DNA from: an uncultured Clostridia bacterium
GTDB taxonomy: Bacteria; Bacillota; Clostridia; Christensenellales; UBA1242
Direction: 5' to 3'
NCBI GenBank assembly: GCA_937893125.1
Contig: CALBHW010000037.1
Span: 1,533-65,532, forward strand
DNA: 64,000 nt
Of this stretch, positions 55,667 through 64,000 are shown one piece after another. Both the position numbers and the translations under genes were made by a program. Positions within the stretch are counted from its first letter, which is position 1. Each line of letters starts with the position of its first letter. The notes beneath the pieces were generated by a model. The model had not been told where the DNA came from. It saw only the letters and a program-made list of their open reading frames with translations, and ran no database searches.

Positions 55667-57394
55667 ATGAAATATTATAAGGAAACTGAAATGTTAAAAA
55701 ACACCTTTTTAAAAGAAGGTGACTACAAGAGTACAAAAGAAGTTTTTGAAAGGATAGCAAGGTTGGCGCCAGACGCACAAATTCTTGCCGAACTTGATAG
55801 TCATAGAAAAATTGTCTATCACACGGCAAAAGACCTTTTAGAAGATGTGGAAAGTTTTGGCGATGGGCTTATAGCGTTGGGGCTGAAAGGAAAACATATC
55901 GCTCTTCTTGCTGAAAACTCCTACAAATATTTTGTAACCGATGTCACAATCGTTGGAGGAGCGGGGGTTATTAGTCCAATCGACAAAGATGCAAAAGAAG
56001 ATTTACTCGAAACACTCCTTAAAAAGTGTGATGCGGAAGTTGTTATATGTTCTGCCTATCTTGTTCCAAAAATAAGAGATGTCGCTAAAAAGGTTGAAAA
56101 AATAAAAACTATTATCACAATCGACAAAAAAGTTGATGAGCTTGCAACATTTGACGAAATTCAAAAATTGGGAAAAGAAGAATGTAATGCGGGAAAGTAT
56201 AGGGCTCTTGAGCCAAATCTTGAAGATGTTGCGGAAATAATTTTCACATCTGGCACGACGGGGGCAAATAAAGCAGTTATGCTTACTGGTAGAAACCTTG
56301 CGACAAATATGTCTAATTGTCTTGATGTTATTCGCGGGTCGAAGAAAAACAATACATCTATGTCTATTCTTCCAATGCACCACGCGACCGAAATTTATAC
56401 GCACATTATGCCACGTGTTTCGGCAGGTAGGCTAACATACATAAACGGCAGTATGAAAGATATGATGATAAATATGAAGATTTTTAAGCCTTATATCATA
56501 ACCGTCGTTCCAATGGTTGCAAACGCTTTTTACAAAACGATTTGGCAAGAAGCAAGAAAACAAGGCAAGGAAGAAAAGCTCAAAAAAGGCATAAAACTTT
56601 GCAAAATGTTAAATAAATTTGGCATTGACGCGACGCATAAATTGTTTAAAGACCTTTTTGCCCCATTTGGTGGGAATTTGCAACAAATAGTTTGTGGCGG
56701 AGCGCCACTTGACCCAGAAGTTGTGTCGGGAATGCGAGACCTTGGTGTTTATATAATAAACGGTTTTGGAATAACGGAGTGCGGACCGCTTGTTTCTATG
56801 AATGCGGACACTTTGGGCGATTGTGCGTCGATAGGAAAGGCTTGCCCAAGACTGGAAGTTAAAATTTTTGAACCAGACGAAAACGGAATCGGCGAACTTT
56901 GCGTAAAAGGACCAAGTGTTTCAAAAGGCTACTACAAAGACGAAGAAGCAACAAAACAAGTTTTTGATAAAGATGGCTTTTTTCATACGGGCGACCTTGC
57001 GCGCCAAAATAAAAAAGGCGAATTGTTTTTGGCGGGACGAAAGAAGAATCTTATTGTACTAGATAGCGGAAAAAATGTCTATCCAGAAGAACTTGAACAA
57101 GCAATTGTTACAAATCTAAGATATGTAAAAGATACAATGGTTTTTGAAGAAGATTGCGAAATTAAGAACGAAAAAAAGAGACTTATTTGCGCGGAAATCT
57201 TTTTGAGCGATGAAAAAATAGACGATGACGAAGTTATAAATGATTTTAGAAAACTTAATCAAACTCTTGCTCCATATAAAAGAATTTCTTATGTGGAAAT
57301 TTTGGACAGCGACTTTGAGCGCAACGCGTCAAGGAAAATTATGCGCAAACCCGCGCTTGCTAGACACAAAAAGACGGGCGGACTTGTAATTTAA
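55667..57394 (+). CDS. AMP-dependent synthetase/ligase, long-chain fatty-acyl type
   Basis: Adenylate-forming core motifs are present: IIFTSGTTGANKAVMLT (A3), GFGITECGP (A5), GELCVKGPSVSKGYY (A6), FHTGDLA (A7), GRKKNLIVLDSGKNVYPEELE (A8) and a C-terminal SRKIMRK (A10 Lys). It starts 11 nt after the C-domain gene, with an AAGGAG SD. Confidence 0.85.
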   Translation: MKYYKETEMLKNTFLKEGDYKSTKEVFERIARLAPDAQILAELDSHRKIVYHTAKDLLEDVESFGDGLIALGLKGKHIALLAENSYKYFVTDVTIVGGAGVISPIDKDAKEDLLETLLKKCDAEVVICSAYLVPKIRDVAKKVEKIKTIITIDKKVDELATFDEIQKLGKEECNAGKYRALEPNLEDVAEIIFTSGTTGANKAVMLTGRNLATNMSNCLDVIRGSKKNNTSMSILPMHHATEIYTHIMPRVSAGRLTYINGSMKDMMINMKIFKPYIITVVPMVANAFYKTIWQEARKQGKEEKLKKGIKLCKMLNKFGIDATHKLFKDLFAPFGGNLQQIVCGGAPLDPEVVSGMRDLGVYIINGFGITECGPLVSMNADTLGDCASIGKACPRLEVKIFEPDENGIGELCVKGPSVSKGYYKDEEATKQVFDKDGFFHTGDLARQNKKGELFLAGRKKNLIVLDSGKNVYPEELEQAIVTNLRYVKDTMVFEEDCEIKNEKKRLICAEIFLSDEKIDDDEVINDFRKLNQTLAPYKRISYVEILDSDFERNASRKIMRKPALARHKKTGGLVI

Positions 57395-57421
57395 TTTTTG
57401 ATTTAATAAAGGAGAAGAAAA

Positions 57422-57661
57422 ATGAAAGAATTAAAGCAAATTATTAGTGATTATGTCGGTGTGCCTGCTGACGACTTAAATGAAAATACGAGCCTTGTAG
57501 GCGACATCGGGATTGATTCCTTTGGGCTGGTGTCTCTTATTTGTACACTTGAAGACACATTTGAATGTAATATCCCAGACTACGAACTATCGTCGTTTCA
57601 AACTCTAAACGACTTATCGTCATATCTTGCGAAAAATAGTACTGTTTTTGTGGCAGCGTAA
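57422..57661 (+). CDS. Acyl/peptidyl carrier protein (79 aa)
   Basis: LVGDIGIDSFGLVSLI contains the GxDS phosphopantetheine-attachment motif. The size and acidic helical character are typical. AAAGGAG SD; it starts 27 nt after the ligase gene. Confidence 0.8.
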   Translation: MKELKQIISDYVGVPADDLNENTSLVGDIGIDSFGLVSLICTLEDTFECNIPDYELSSFQTLNDLSSYLAKNSTVFVAA

Positions 57662-57953
57662 AATTTTATTTGATTGCAAATTGTTTTGTGAGAAACAGTG
57701 TTAAAACACTTTAATTTTAGGTTTTACGACCTAAAAAAGATTTTTTATGACAAAAAGTTTTGATTTTATGTAAAAAGTCTTTATAATTAAAAGGTAAAGT
57801 TTAAAGAATTTTTATTTGCCTTAAACTTTTCTATTTTATTGTGTATAACATATAAAATGTAATTTTAAAACTCAAACAAATTGCAACTTTTTAATGCTAA
57901 TTTTGTAAAAATCGAATTTGATAATAAAGAAATATAAAAATTAGGGAGAGAAA

Positions 57954-58331
57954 ATGGATATTTTTTGCAAAATAATTAAGGGGGAAAGCCCTTGCTATAA
58001 AATTTACGAGGACGACGATGTATTGGCATTTCTTGATATTTCACAAAAGTATTTTGGGCATACTTTGGTTGTGCCTAAAAAGCATTTCGCTAATACTCTT
58101 GATTGTGATGATGAAATTTTAAAAAAGGTTATTTTAGCAACCAAAAAAATAGCGAAACATTATGTCGATGATTGTGGCGTGTCAGGTGTGAATATTTTAA
58201 ACAACAACGGGAAAGAAGCGGGGCAAATGGTCGAACATCTTCACTATCACATCATTCCACAAGGGAAAGAGTGTAAGGGTAAAGAAAAAATGGATTTTGT
58301 TGAGCAACAAAAGATTTTGAAACTTAATTAA
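57954..58331 (+). CDS. HIT-family (histidine triad) nucleotide hydrolase/transferase
   Basis: Has a literal histidine triad, HLHYHIIP (HxHxHxx). The N-terminus CKIIKGESPCYKIYEDDDVLAFLDI is typical of Hint-like proteins. Confidence 0.85.
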   Translation: MDIFCKIIKGESPCYKIYEDDDVLAFLDISQKYFGHTLVVPKKHFANTLDCDDEILKKVILATKKIAKHYVDDCGVSGVNILNNNGKEAGQMVEHLHYHIIPQGKECKGKEKMDFVEQQKILKLN

Positions 58332-58371
58332 ATTTTTTCTATTATTTTGACTGCTAGTAAATGTAATAAAT

Positions 58372-58458
58372 TGATTTTAGCACGACTAAAATTTTGACAA
58401 AGGTGAGATTTTAACTGAAAGAGAAAATGTAAAAAACTGATTTTAGCGTGACTAAAAT
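58372..58458 (+). repeat. Two copies of a 21-nt palindromic element, TGATTTTAGC(A/G)(C/T)GACTAAAAT
   Basis: Copies lie at 58372-58392 and 58438-58458 (19/21 identical). Each contains ATTTTAG-5 nt-CTAAAAT, a perfect 7-bp inverted repeat. Confidence 0.6.
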
Positions 58459-58560
58459 GTCTAATTAAATATTACAAAAAGTTTTTTAGATAAGCCTATT
58501 TTGTTTTAGTAGAAGAAAAAACTATCTAGTAAACTTTCAGTAAGGTTATATATGTATTTT

Positions 58561-58594
58561 AAAAGGTTGTCTTTTTTGAAGGACAACTTTTTTA
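58561..58594 (+). terminator. Intrinsic terminator between the HIT gene and spoIIE
   Basis: AAAAGGTTGTC / GACAACTTTT stem of about 10 bp with one G-U pair, 10-nt loop, followed by a T-run. Confidence 0.5.
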
Positions 58595-58697
58595 ATAACA
58601 CTAAAATTTTAAAAAACTCACAAATTTAGATAAAAATGACGGGAAAACTAAAGAAATTCTATCTTTTAAGACAAAAATAAACAAAATTTAGCACTTT

Positions 58698-58730
58698 TTG
58701 ACGGAATAAATTTGTTAAGATGTTTATAAC
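58698..58730 (+). promoter_or_regulatory. Candidate spoIIE promoter with over-long spacer
   Basis: TTGACG (58698-58703), 21-nt spacer, TATAAC (58725-58730). It ends 23 nt before the spoIIE ATG, which has an AAAGGAGAG SD. Confidence 0.3.
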
Positions 58731-58753
58731 AGTCTGGTTTAAAGGAGAGAGAA

Positions 58754-61066
58754 ATGAAAGAAGTCGCTTCTGAGCAATTGCCTAAGATAAATTGGCGGAT
58801 ATTTGTCAAATATTTTATTTATGCTGTCGTATTTTTTGTGGCTTTTCAAGCAAAGATTGTGGGGAAATACAGCCCGTGCTTTTATGGGCTTTTGTTATCA
58901 CTTGCTTTTTTAAGGGAAAATATTTTTACACTTTCGCTCTCATATATGACTGCACTTGCAATCAGTGATAGTAGTACATATTCAATAATATTTGGTTTAA
59001 TTTGTGTCGTGATGAGTGCGATTATAAGTATTTCGTACGAAAAAACTGGAAAGGTTCTTAAAGGGTGGCAGGCGTTAATTTATTCATTGCTTGTCGGCGC
59101 TCCTTATATTTTTTTCGGTGCAAACGGAGTGACAAATGTCTATCGGTCAATTATAAATGTGGCACTTAACACAATATTTTGTCTTTGCTCATTAAACTTT
59201 TTAAGGACAATTCGTTCGCGAAAATTCAATCTCAATCTAAATGTTGACGAATCAATTTGCGGAATACTCATCATTATGATGCTTTTTTGCGGGTTGCAAA
59301 ATATAAACATTTTGCCATTTGATATTGTAAAATTTGTTGGACTTGCGGTGGTTGTTTCGTCGGGAATAATCTTGCCACGCGGATATGGGGTTGTTGTTGG
59401 CGTAACTATTGGGCTTGGCGCGTATATGTGTGGCGGGAGTTTGGAATACATAACACTTTTCAGTGTGCTGTCCGTTGTAAGCCTACTTTTCCGCGACATA
59501 AACAAAATTTTTGGTGCTATTGCAATGCTTTTAAGCGATGTTGTGTTAAATCTCTTTTTGAACCTTTTTGGCGGAATAAATGTATTTACCTTTATTCCGA
59601 CCGCTCTTGTATGTTTGGCTCTTATTCTTATTCCAAAAACTTTTATAGATAAAGCAAAAACAAATTTGTTTATTGATAAAACTGACAGTTCATTAAAAAC
59701 CATTTTAAACCAAAACAAGCTTCAAACAAGTAAAAAATTGCTTTACACGGCGGAAGTCTTTTATGAGATGGACAAAAGTTTTAGAAAATTAGTCAAGGGC
59801 GGAATTGGCGAAAAAGACGCAAAAACTATGCTTTGTAGCGAACTTATCCGTTCGAATTGCGAAACTTGTCCAAATAAAACAAGGTGCCTTAAAGGTTACA
59901 ACAATGATTTGAAAAAGATTTTTGACAATTTGATAAACGCGGGCTTTGAAAAAGGAAAAATAACTCTTGTTGACCTTCCGCAATATCTTACAATGCGTTG
60001 CGTTAAACTAAACCAACTTGTAAGTTCGATAAACTCACTTTTAAACGATTACAAATCTTATGCAAAATTAAATTTGGATATTGATAGTAGCAAACTTCTT
60101 GTCGCAGAACAACTAAAGGGCGTTTCACACATTTTAAATGAACTTTCAAAAGAGACAAGCCAAGTTGTGTCACAAGACGAAAAACAACAAGCACTTATTA
60201 AAGAAAATTTGACCTATCAAGATATAATTCCAAGTGAAGTTGTATGTTTTGAAAAGGACGAAAAAACAAATGTTGTTTCTCTCCTTATTCGAACTATTGA
60301 TTATGATAACGAAAAAATTTTAAAAGTAATAAATTCTGTCACAAATTCAAAAATGGTTTTAGATGAAATTTTGCCAAGTAGTGACCAAACAATGACTTAT
60401 GTTTCATATAAAACCGCCCCAACCTACGATATGGCGGTAGGGCTTGCGCACACCATAAAGGGCGGAAGCGAGAAAAGTGGGGACACGCACTCTTTTTCAA
60501 AATTATCCAGTGGAAAATTTATGCTTGCTCTATGCGATGGAATGGGATCGGGCAAAAAAGCGGGCGAAAAAAGTGAAACATCAATCAATTTGATTGAAAA
60601 TTTTTATAAGGCGGGCTATGATGATGAAACAATTTTATCCAGTGTCAATAAACTTTTAAATCTTACGAGTGAAAACGTTTTTACTGCACTTGATGTGAGC
60701 GTGATTGACTTAAAAAACGGCGAAGCGGATTTTATAAAGCAAGGGGCGACGGTTGGCTTTATCAAAACGGGCGATAAGGTCTCAAAAATTGAAAGTAGCG
60801 GGTTGCCGATGGGAATTTTAGAAAATGTAACACCGAAAGTAACAAAAACCGTTCTTTCTCCCGACGACCAACTCATAATGATGAGTGACGGTGTTGTTGA
60901 CGCGCTTGGTGAAGATAATTTGCAAGAGTTTTTAAAATATGTCAGAACTAAAAGTCCACAAGAACTTGCCGACACTATTTTAAATAGGGCAAAAGAAGTC
61001 CAAAAAAATTATCCAAACGACGATATGACTGTTATGGTTGGAAAATTGTATTACAATTGCGCCTAA
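58754..61066 (+). CDS. spoIIE: Stage II sporulation protein E (membrane PP2C phosphatase)
   Basis: The N-terminal domain of about 300 aa has many TM helices. A central domain follows. The C-terminal PP2C domain has GDTHSF, LALCDGMGSGKKAGEKSE and NDDMTVMV. The size and architecture are diagnostic. Confidence 0.9.
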   Translation: MKEVASEQLPKINWRIFVKYFIYAVVFFVAFQAKIVGKYSPCFYGLLLSLAFLRENIFTLSLSYMTALAISDSSTYSIIFGLICVVMSAIISISYEKTGKVLKGWQALIYSLLVGAPYIFFGANGVTNVYRSIINVALNTIFCLCSLNFLRTIRSRKFNLNLNVDESICGILIIMMLFCGLQNINILPFDIVKFVGLAVVVSSGIILPRGYGVVVGVTIGLGAYMCGGSLEYITLFSVLSVVSLLFRDINKIFGAIAMLLSDVVLNLFLNLFGGINVFTFIPTALVCLALILIPKTFIDKAKTNLFIDKTDSSLKTILNQNKLQTSKKLLYTAEVFYEMDKSFRKLVKGGIGEKDAKTMLCSELIRSNCETCPNKTRCLKGYNNDLKKIFDNLINAGFEKGKITLVDLPQYLTMRCVKLNQLVSSINSLLNDYKSYAKLNLDIDSSKLLVAEQLKGVSHILNELSKETSQVVSQDEKQQALIKENLTYQDIIPSEVVCFEKDEKTNVVSLLIRTIDYDNEKILKVINSVTNSKMVLDEILPSSDQTMTYVSYKTAPTYDMAVGLAHTIKGGSEKSGDTHSFSKLSSGKFMLALCDGMGSGKKAGEKSETSINLIENFYKAGYDDETILSSVNKLLNLTSENVFTALDVSVIDLKNGEADFIKQGATVGFIKTGDKVSKIESSGLPMGILENVTPKVTKTVLSPDDQLIMMSDGVVDALGEDNLQEFLKYVRTKSPQELADTILNRAKEVQKNYPNDDMTVMVGKLYYNCA

Positions 61067-61290
61067 AATGGAAATGTATCTTTATTCAAATCTTTTAATA
61101 AATATTCATTTTTATTTTATTGAAATTTAGAGTAATAAGAGCTGATACAAAACAAACATTTTTCAATTTCGTTTAAAAATGTATTTTTTGATGCTTTTTT
61201 AACAAAAAATAATAATTTTAAAAAGAAAAGTGTTTTTGTTTTATTAAATTTTTAAATAAAAATTACGATTTAGTTGTAAAAAATATGTAT

Positions 61291-61327
61291 AAAAATTCAT
61301 TCTGTGTAATTACGGAATGAATTTTTT
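61291..61327 (+). terminator. Intrinsic terminator downstream of spoIIE
   Basis: AAAAATTCATTC / GAATGAATTTTT 12-bp stem, 12-nt loop, with the T-run continuing beyond the stem. Confidence 0.55.
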
Positions 61328-61442
61328 GGTTTAAAATAGAATTGTTTTAGTTAAAAATATATTAAATTTTTAGAAAAATATATAAAAAAGTTATATATTA
61401 CTATTGAAATTGTTTTTTAGTTAGTATATAATTTGTATCGTT

Positions 61443-62786
61443 ATGGAAAATGAAGTTTTAGATTTTATTAGAGAAAATAACTTAATTAAAGCGGGCGAGG
61501 TGATTGGTGTTGCTTGCAGTGGCGGGGCGGATAGCATGGCGCTTCTTAACATTTTGAACAATCAAAAGGAAGAACTTGATTGTGAAATTGTTTGTATCAC
61601 AATTGACCATATGTTGCGTGGCGATAATTCTATCGGCGACGCTCTTTTTGTCAAAAACTTTTGTTCGGAGCACCATATTCCTTGTTGGAAGTTTTCGGTG
61701 GACGCAAGTAGACTTGCTGAAAGTAAGAAAATAGGTGTCGAAGAGGCCGCGAGAATTTCAAGATATGGCGTTTTTGAAAAACTTTTAAAAGAAAACAAAG
61801 TCGACAAAATTGCACTTGCTCATCACATTTCCGACCAAGCGGAAACAATTTTAATGCACATTTTGCGTGGGGCTGGACTAAACGGTGCTTGTGGAATGGA
61901 AGAAATTAGACAAGGCAATTATATAAGACCTCTTCTTGATACAAGCAAAGAAGCCATTATAAAATATTGTCACACGGAAGATGTCCCTTATGTTATTGAC
62001 GAAACTAACGCCGACCCAAGTTATAATAGAAATTTCATTAGGAACCTTATTATGCCAGAACTTAAAAAAAGGTGGGAAGGTGTCGAACAAAATTTGGTTA
62101 ATTTTAGCAAGGCGTGTAGGGAAGATAATCAGTTTATTATGTCACACGCAAGAGTTGACGGCGTGATAATTTCCGACAATGTCGCAAAAATTCCGCTTGC
62201 ATATTTTCACTACGCACCAAGCGTAATAAATAGAATTATTTTCAGCACGCTTGAAAAAATTGGCGTCACAAAAGATATCGAAAGAAAGCATATTGAAATC
62301 ATAAAAAATCTTGCTGAAAATGACAATGGAAAAAAAGTCTCGCTTCCAAACGGACTTTTTGCACAAAAAGAGTATGATTATTTGACTTTATTTAAGGTCG
62401 AAAAGAAAGAAATCTTGGACGAATATCCTTTGGTTGTTGGAAAACTTGATTTTGCTGGGTTATATAATATAGTCGTTAAAAGAACAAAAAAAATGGATAT
62501 GGTTGACGGTACTCTTTTAATTGATGAAAAAAAGGTCCCAGAAAATGCAGTTTGGAGAACTAGAAGGGCGGGGGATGTTTTTACAAAATTTGGTGGTGGA
62601 AGTAAGAGCCTTAAAAACTATTTAATTGATAAAAAAATTCCAAATAGGCTTAGAGATTCTTTGGCTGTTCTAGCTGACGGAAAAGAAATTTTGTGCATTT
62701 TAGGCGTTGAAATTAGTGACAAAGTAAAAATTGACGAAAATACAAAATTTGCTTTGAGAATAGAAAAGAAAGAAATAAAAAAATAA
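61443..62786 (+). CDS. tilS: tRNA(Ile)-lysidine synthetase
   Basis: PP-loop ATPase motif VACSGGADSMALL (SGGxDS), DHMLRG, AHHISDQAETILM, and a C-terminal TilS substrate domain (RTRRAGDVF...LKNYLIDKKIP). Confidence 0.9.
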   Translation: MENEVLDFIRENNLIKAGEVIGVACSGGADSMALLNILNNQKEELDCEIVCITIDHMLRGDNSIGDALFVKNFCSEHHIPCWKFSVDASRLAESKKIGVEEAARISRYGVFEKLLKENKVDKIALAHHISDQAETILMHILRGAGLNGACGMEEIRQGNYIRPLLDTSKEAIIKYCHTEDVPYVIDETNADPSYNRNFIRNLIMPELKKRWEGVEQNLVNFSKACREDNQFIMSHARVDGVIISDNVAKIPLAYFHYAPSVINRIIFSTLEKIGVTKDIERKHIEIIKNLAENDNGKKVSLPNGLFAQKEYDYLTLFKVEKKEILDEYPLVVGKLDFAGLYNIVVKRTKKMDMVDGTLLIDEKKVPENAVWRTRRAGDVFTKFGGGSKSLKNYLIDKKIPNRLRDSLAVLADGKEILCILGVEISDKVKIDENTKFALRIEKKEIKK

Positions 62787-62910
62787 CTTTTTGGAAGATT
62801 TTTCCCCCCAAAAAAGTTGTCAACTTGTCAACATTTTTTGGCTAACTCCAAAAAGTAAATATTTATAAGTTTTTATGAAAATTTATGCAAAAATAAGGGA
62901 AAATGATGAG

Positions 62911-63009
62911 TTATCCACAAAAGTTATCCACTTATCCACATTTTTTGCTCAAAAACGGAAACAAAAGTGCTTAAATAAAGCACTTTTTTTATACCAAAAA
63001 TGTGGATAA
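62911..63009. promoter_or_regulatory. Cluster of four DnaA boxes
   Basis: TTATCCACA (62911-62919), TTATCCACT (62924-62932, one mismatch), TTATCCACA (62932-62940) and the inverted TGTGGATAA (63001-63009). Confidence 0.6.
62963..62990 (+). terminator. Intrinsic terminator downstream of tilS, embedded in the DnaA-box cluster
   Basis: AAAAGTGCTT / AAGCACTTTT perfect 10-bp stem, 5-nt loop, then a T-run. Confidence 0.65.
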
Positions 63010-63342
63010 CTTTTTTAAAATCTTTAAAAATGACTTGATAAATATATCAAGTAGGTTTTTATTTGTCAAACGATTTTTAATAAAAATTTTTAATAATTAT
63101 GGGGGAGTGGGGGACAAAAAGTTAGGTAAATAAAGGCGATAATTTTTTGTATGATTTTTGAATTATTTTTTAAAATTTATTTTTGGACAAAGTGTTTAAA
63201 ATTTATAAAAATACATAATTATTCATTTTTTTAGTTTGGTGTTATTTTTTGCATTGTTTTTATGAAAGGCAAGTTTAATTTTTTAGTAAAAAATAAAAGG
63301 CTTATGTCGAATAATTTTTGAAAGTTAAAACAAACTATTTGT

Positions 63343-64000
63343 ATGAAAAGTGCAAAAAAGAAAATCGAAGATATTAAAAAAGAATTTTTAAATAGTCCCG
63401 ATATTGTAACAAAGGAACTTGTAGTTGCGGACAAAAATTTGGGGCTTATATATATTGACGAACTTGCAAATCAAGAAGAAATCAACCTTTCTATTATGCG
63501 ACCACTCGCAAATTTCAAGGGCGGGGAGTTTAATTTGGTTGCACTCCAAAACGAAGTTGTAAATTTTTGTAATGCGGAACTTTTAGATGTCGAGCAAGCG
63601 AAGGAAAAAATTTTGCGGGGGTTTGCTGGGCTTTTTTGTGACGGGGAAGAGAAGGTTTTGTGCTTTAATACAGTTCTTTATCCCGCGCGAGGAGTTGAAG
63701 AACCGCCTACTTCGACTGTTCTAAGTGGTCCTCGTGAAGGTTTCACAGAAACGCTAAAAGTCAATCTTTCACTTATAAGAAAAAGGCTTCCAAGCAAAAA
63801 TCTTAAAATTGAAGAAGTTATTGTTGGGACTGAAACAAAAACACGGATTGATATTGTTTATTTAAAGGACATTGCCGACCCCCGTGTCGTAAACAAAATA
63901 AAAGAAAAACTAGCGAGTTACGAAATTGATGGCGTGATTGATAGTTATTACATAATAAAGTTTTTGGAGAATAGACCAAATTCGATTTTTAGACAGGTCG
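63343..64000 (+). CDS. GerA-family spore germination protein (GerAA/SpoVAF-like), 3'-truncated by the window edge
   Basis: Translation from the ATG at 63343 stays open to the window end. PARGVEEPPTSTVLSGPREGFTETLKVNLSLIRKRLPS...VGTETKTRIDIVYLKDIADPRVVNKIKEKLASYEIDGVIDSYYI matches the conserved GerA core (GPreGF.E....N.sLiRrR, Y..diad). No SD is present. Confidence 0.8.
   Translation, partial: MKSAKKKIEDIKKEFLNSPDIVTKELVVADKNLGLIYIDELANQEEINLSIMRPLANFKGGEFNLVALQNEVVNFCNAELLDVEQAKEKILRGFAGLFCDGEEKVLCFNTVLYPARGVEEPPTSTVLSGPREGFTETLKVNLSLIRKRLPSKNLKIEEVIVGTETKTRIDIVYLKDIADPRVVNKIKEKLASYEIDGVIDSYYIIKFLENRPNSIFRQV

Noticed and set aside
63305-63311. Perfect Spo0A-box heptamer TGTCGAA upstream of the GerA-family gene.
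   Set aside because: A single 7-mer is expected several times by chance in 64 kb on two strands, and GerA-family genes are not known Spo0A targets.
62787-63342. Considered calling the DnaA-box cluster region the chromosomal origin (oriC).
   Set aside because: There is no dnaA, dnaN or rpmH in the window. The boxes flank a terminator between tilS and a germination gene. I cannot compute genome-wide GC skew from 64 kb. It is kept as an extra-origin DnaA-box cluster hypothesis instead.
1-64000. Searched for mobile-element hallmarks around the giant gene and the C-A-T operon: integrase, transposase or recombinase genes, flanking direct repeats, tRNA attachment sites.
   Set aside because: None were found. 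The flanking genes are housekeeping (galE, adh, leuS, HIT, spoIIE, tilS), and composition looks uniform by eye. There is no support for calling either locus a genomic island from this window alone.

Overview
Low-GC chromosomal segment, about one-third G+C by eye, from an endospore-forming Firmicute. Evidence: spoIIE, tilS, a GerA-family germination gene, AGGAGG-type Shine-Dalgarno (SD) sites and many intrinsic terminators. I saw no rRNA, tRNA, CRISPR, transposase or integrase genes. One intact 34,443-nt ORF (12868-47310, 11,480 aa) fills 54% of the window. It encodes an N/Q-rich cytoplasmic head and a single signal-anchor helix. The extracellular part has about 40 Listeria-Bacteroides (Flg_new-type) repeats, seven separately capped Pmp/GGAIY-type parallel beta-helix modules, one embedded BspA-type LRR module and an unassigned helical C-terminus. 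No LPXTG or other known wall anchor is visible. About 1 kb of extremely AT-rich non-coding DNA with exact repeats and a DnaA box lies upstream of it. Left flank: two smaller TM-anchored surface proteins (one with a cytoplasmic tail of four AT-hook-like RGRP motifs, one LRR protein with an acidic tail), an SDR, an ABC-F ATPase whose second ATP site looks fully degenerate, an orphan ORF, a heterodimeric ABC exporter and galE. Right flank: Fe-alcohol dehydrogenase, leuS (no T-box leader), a U32 peptidase and a small membrane protein. It continues with an apparently leaderless membrane-tethered XRE regulator divergent from a three-gene operon of free-standing condensation, acyl-AMP ligase and carrier proteins. 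Then come a HIT protein, spoIIE, tilS, a cluster of four DnaA boxes and the 5' part of a GerA-family gene. Family calls rest on motifs read by eye from the translations; no database search was possible.
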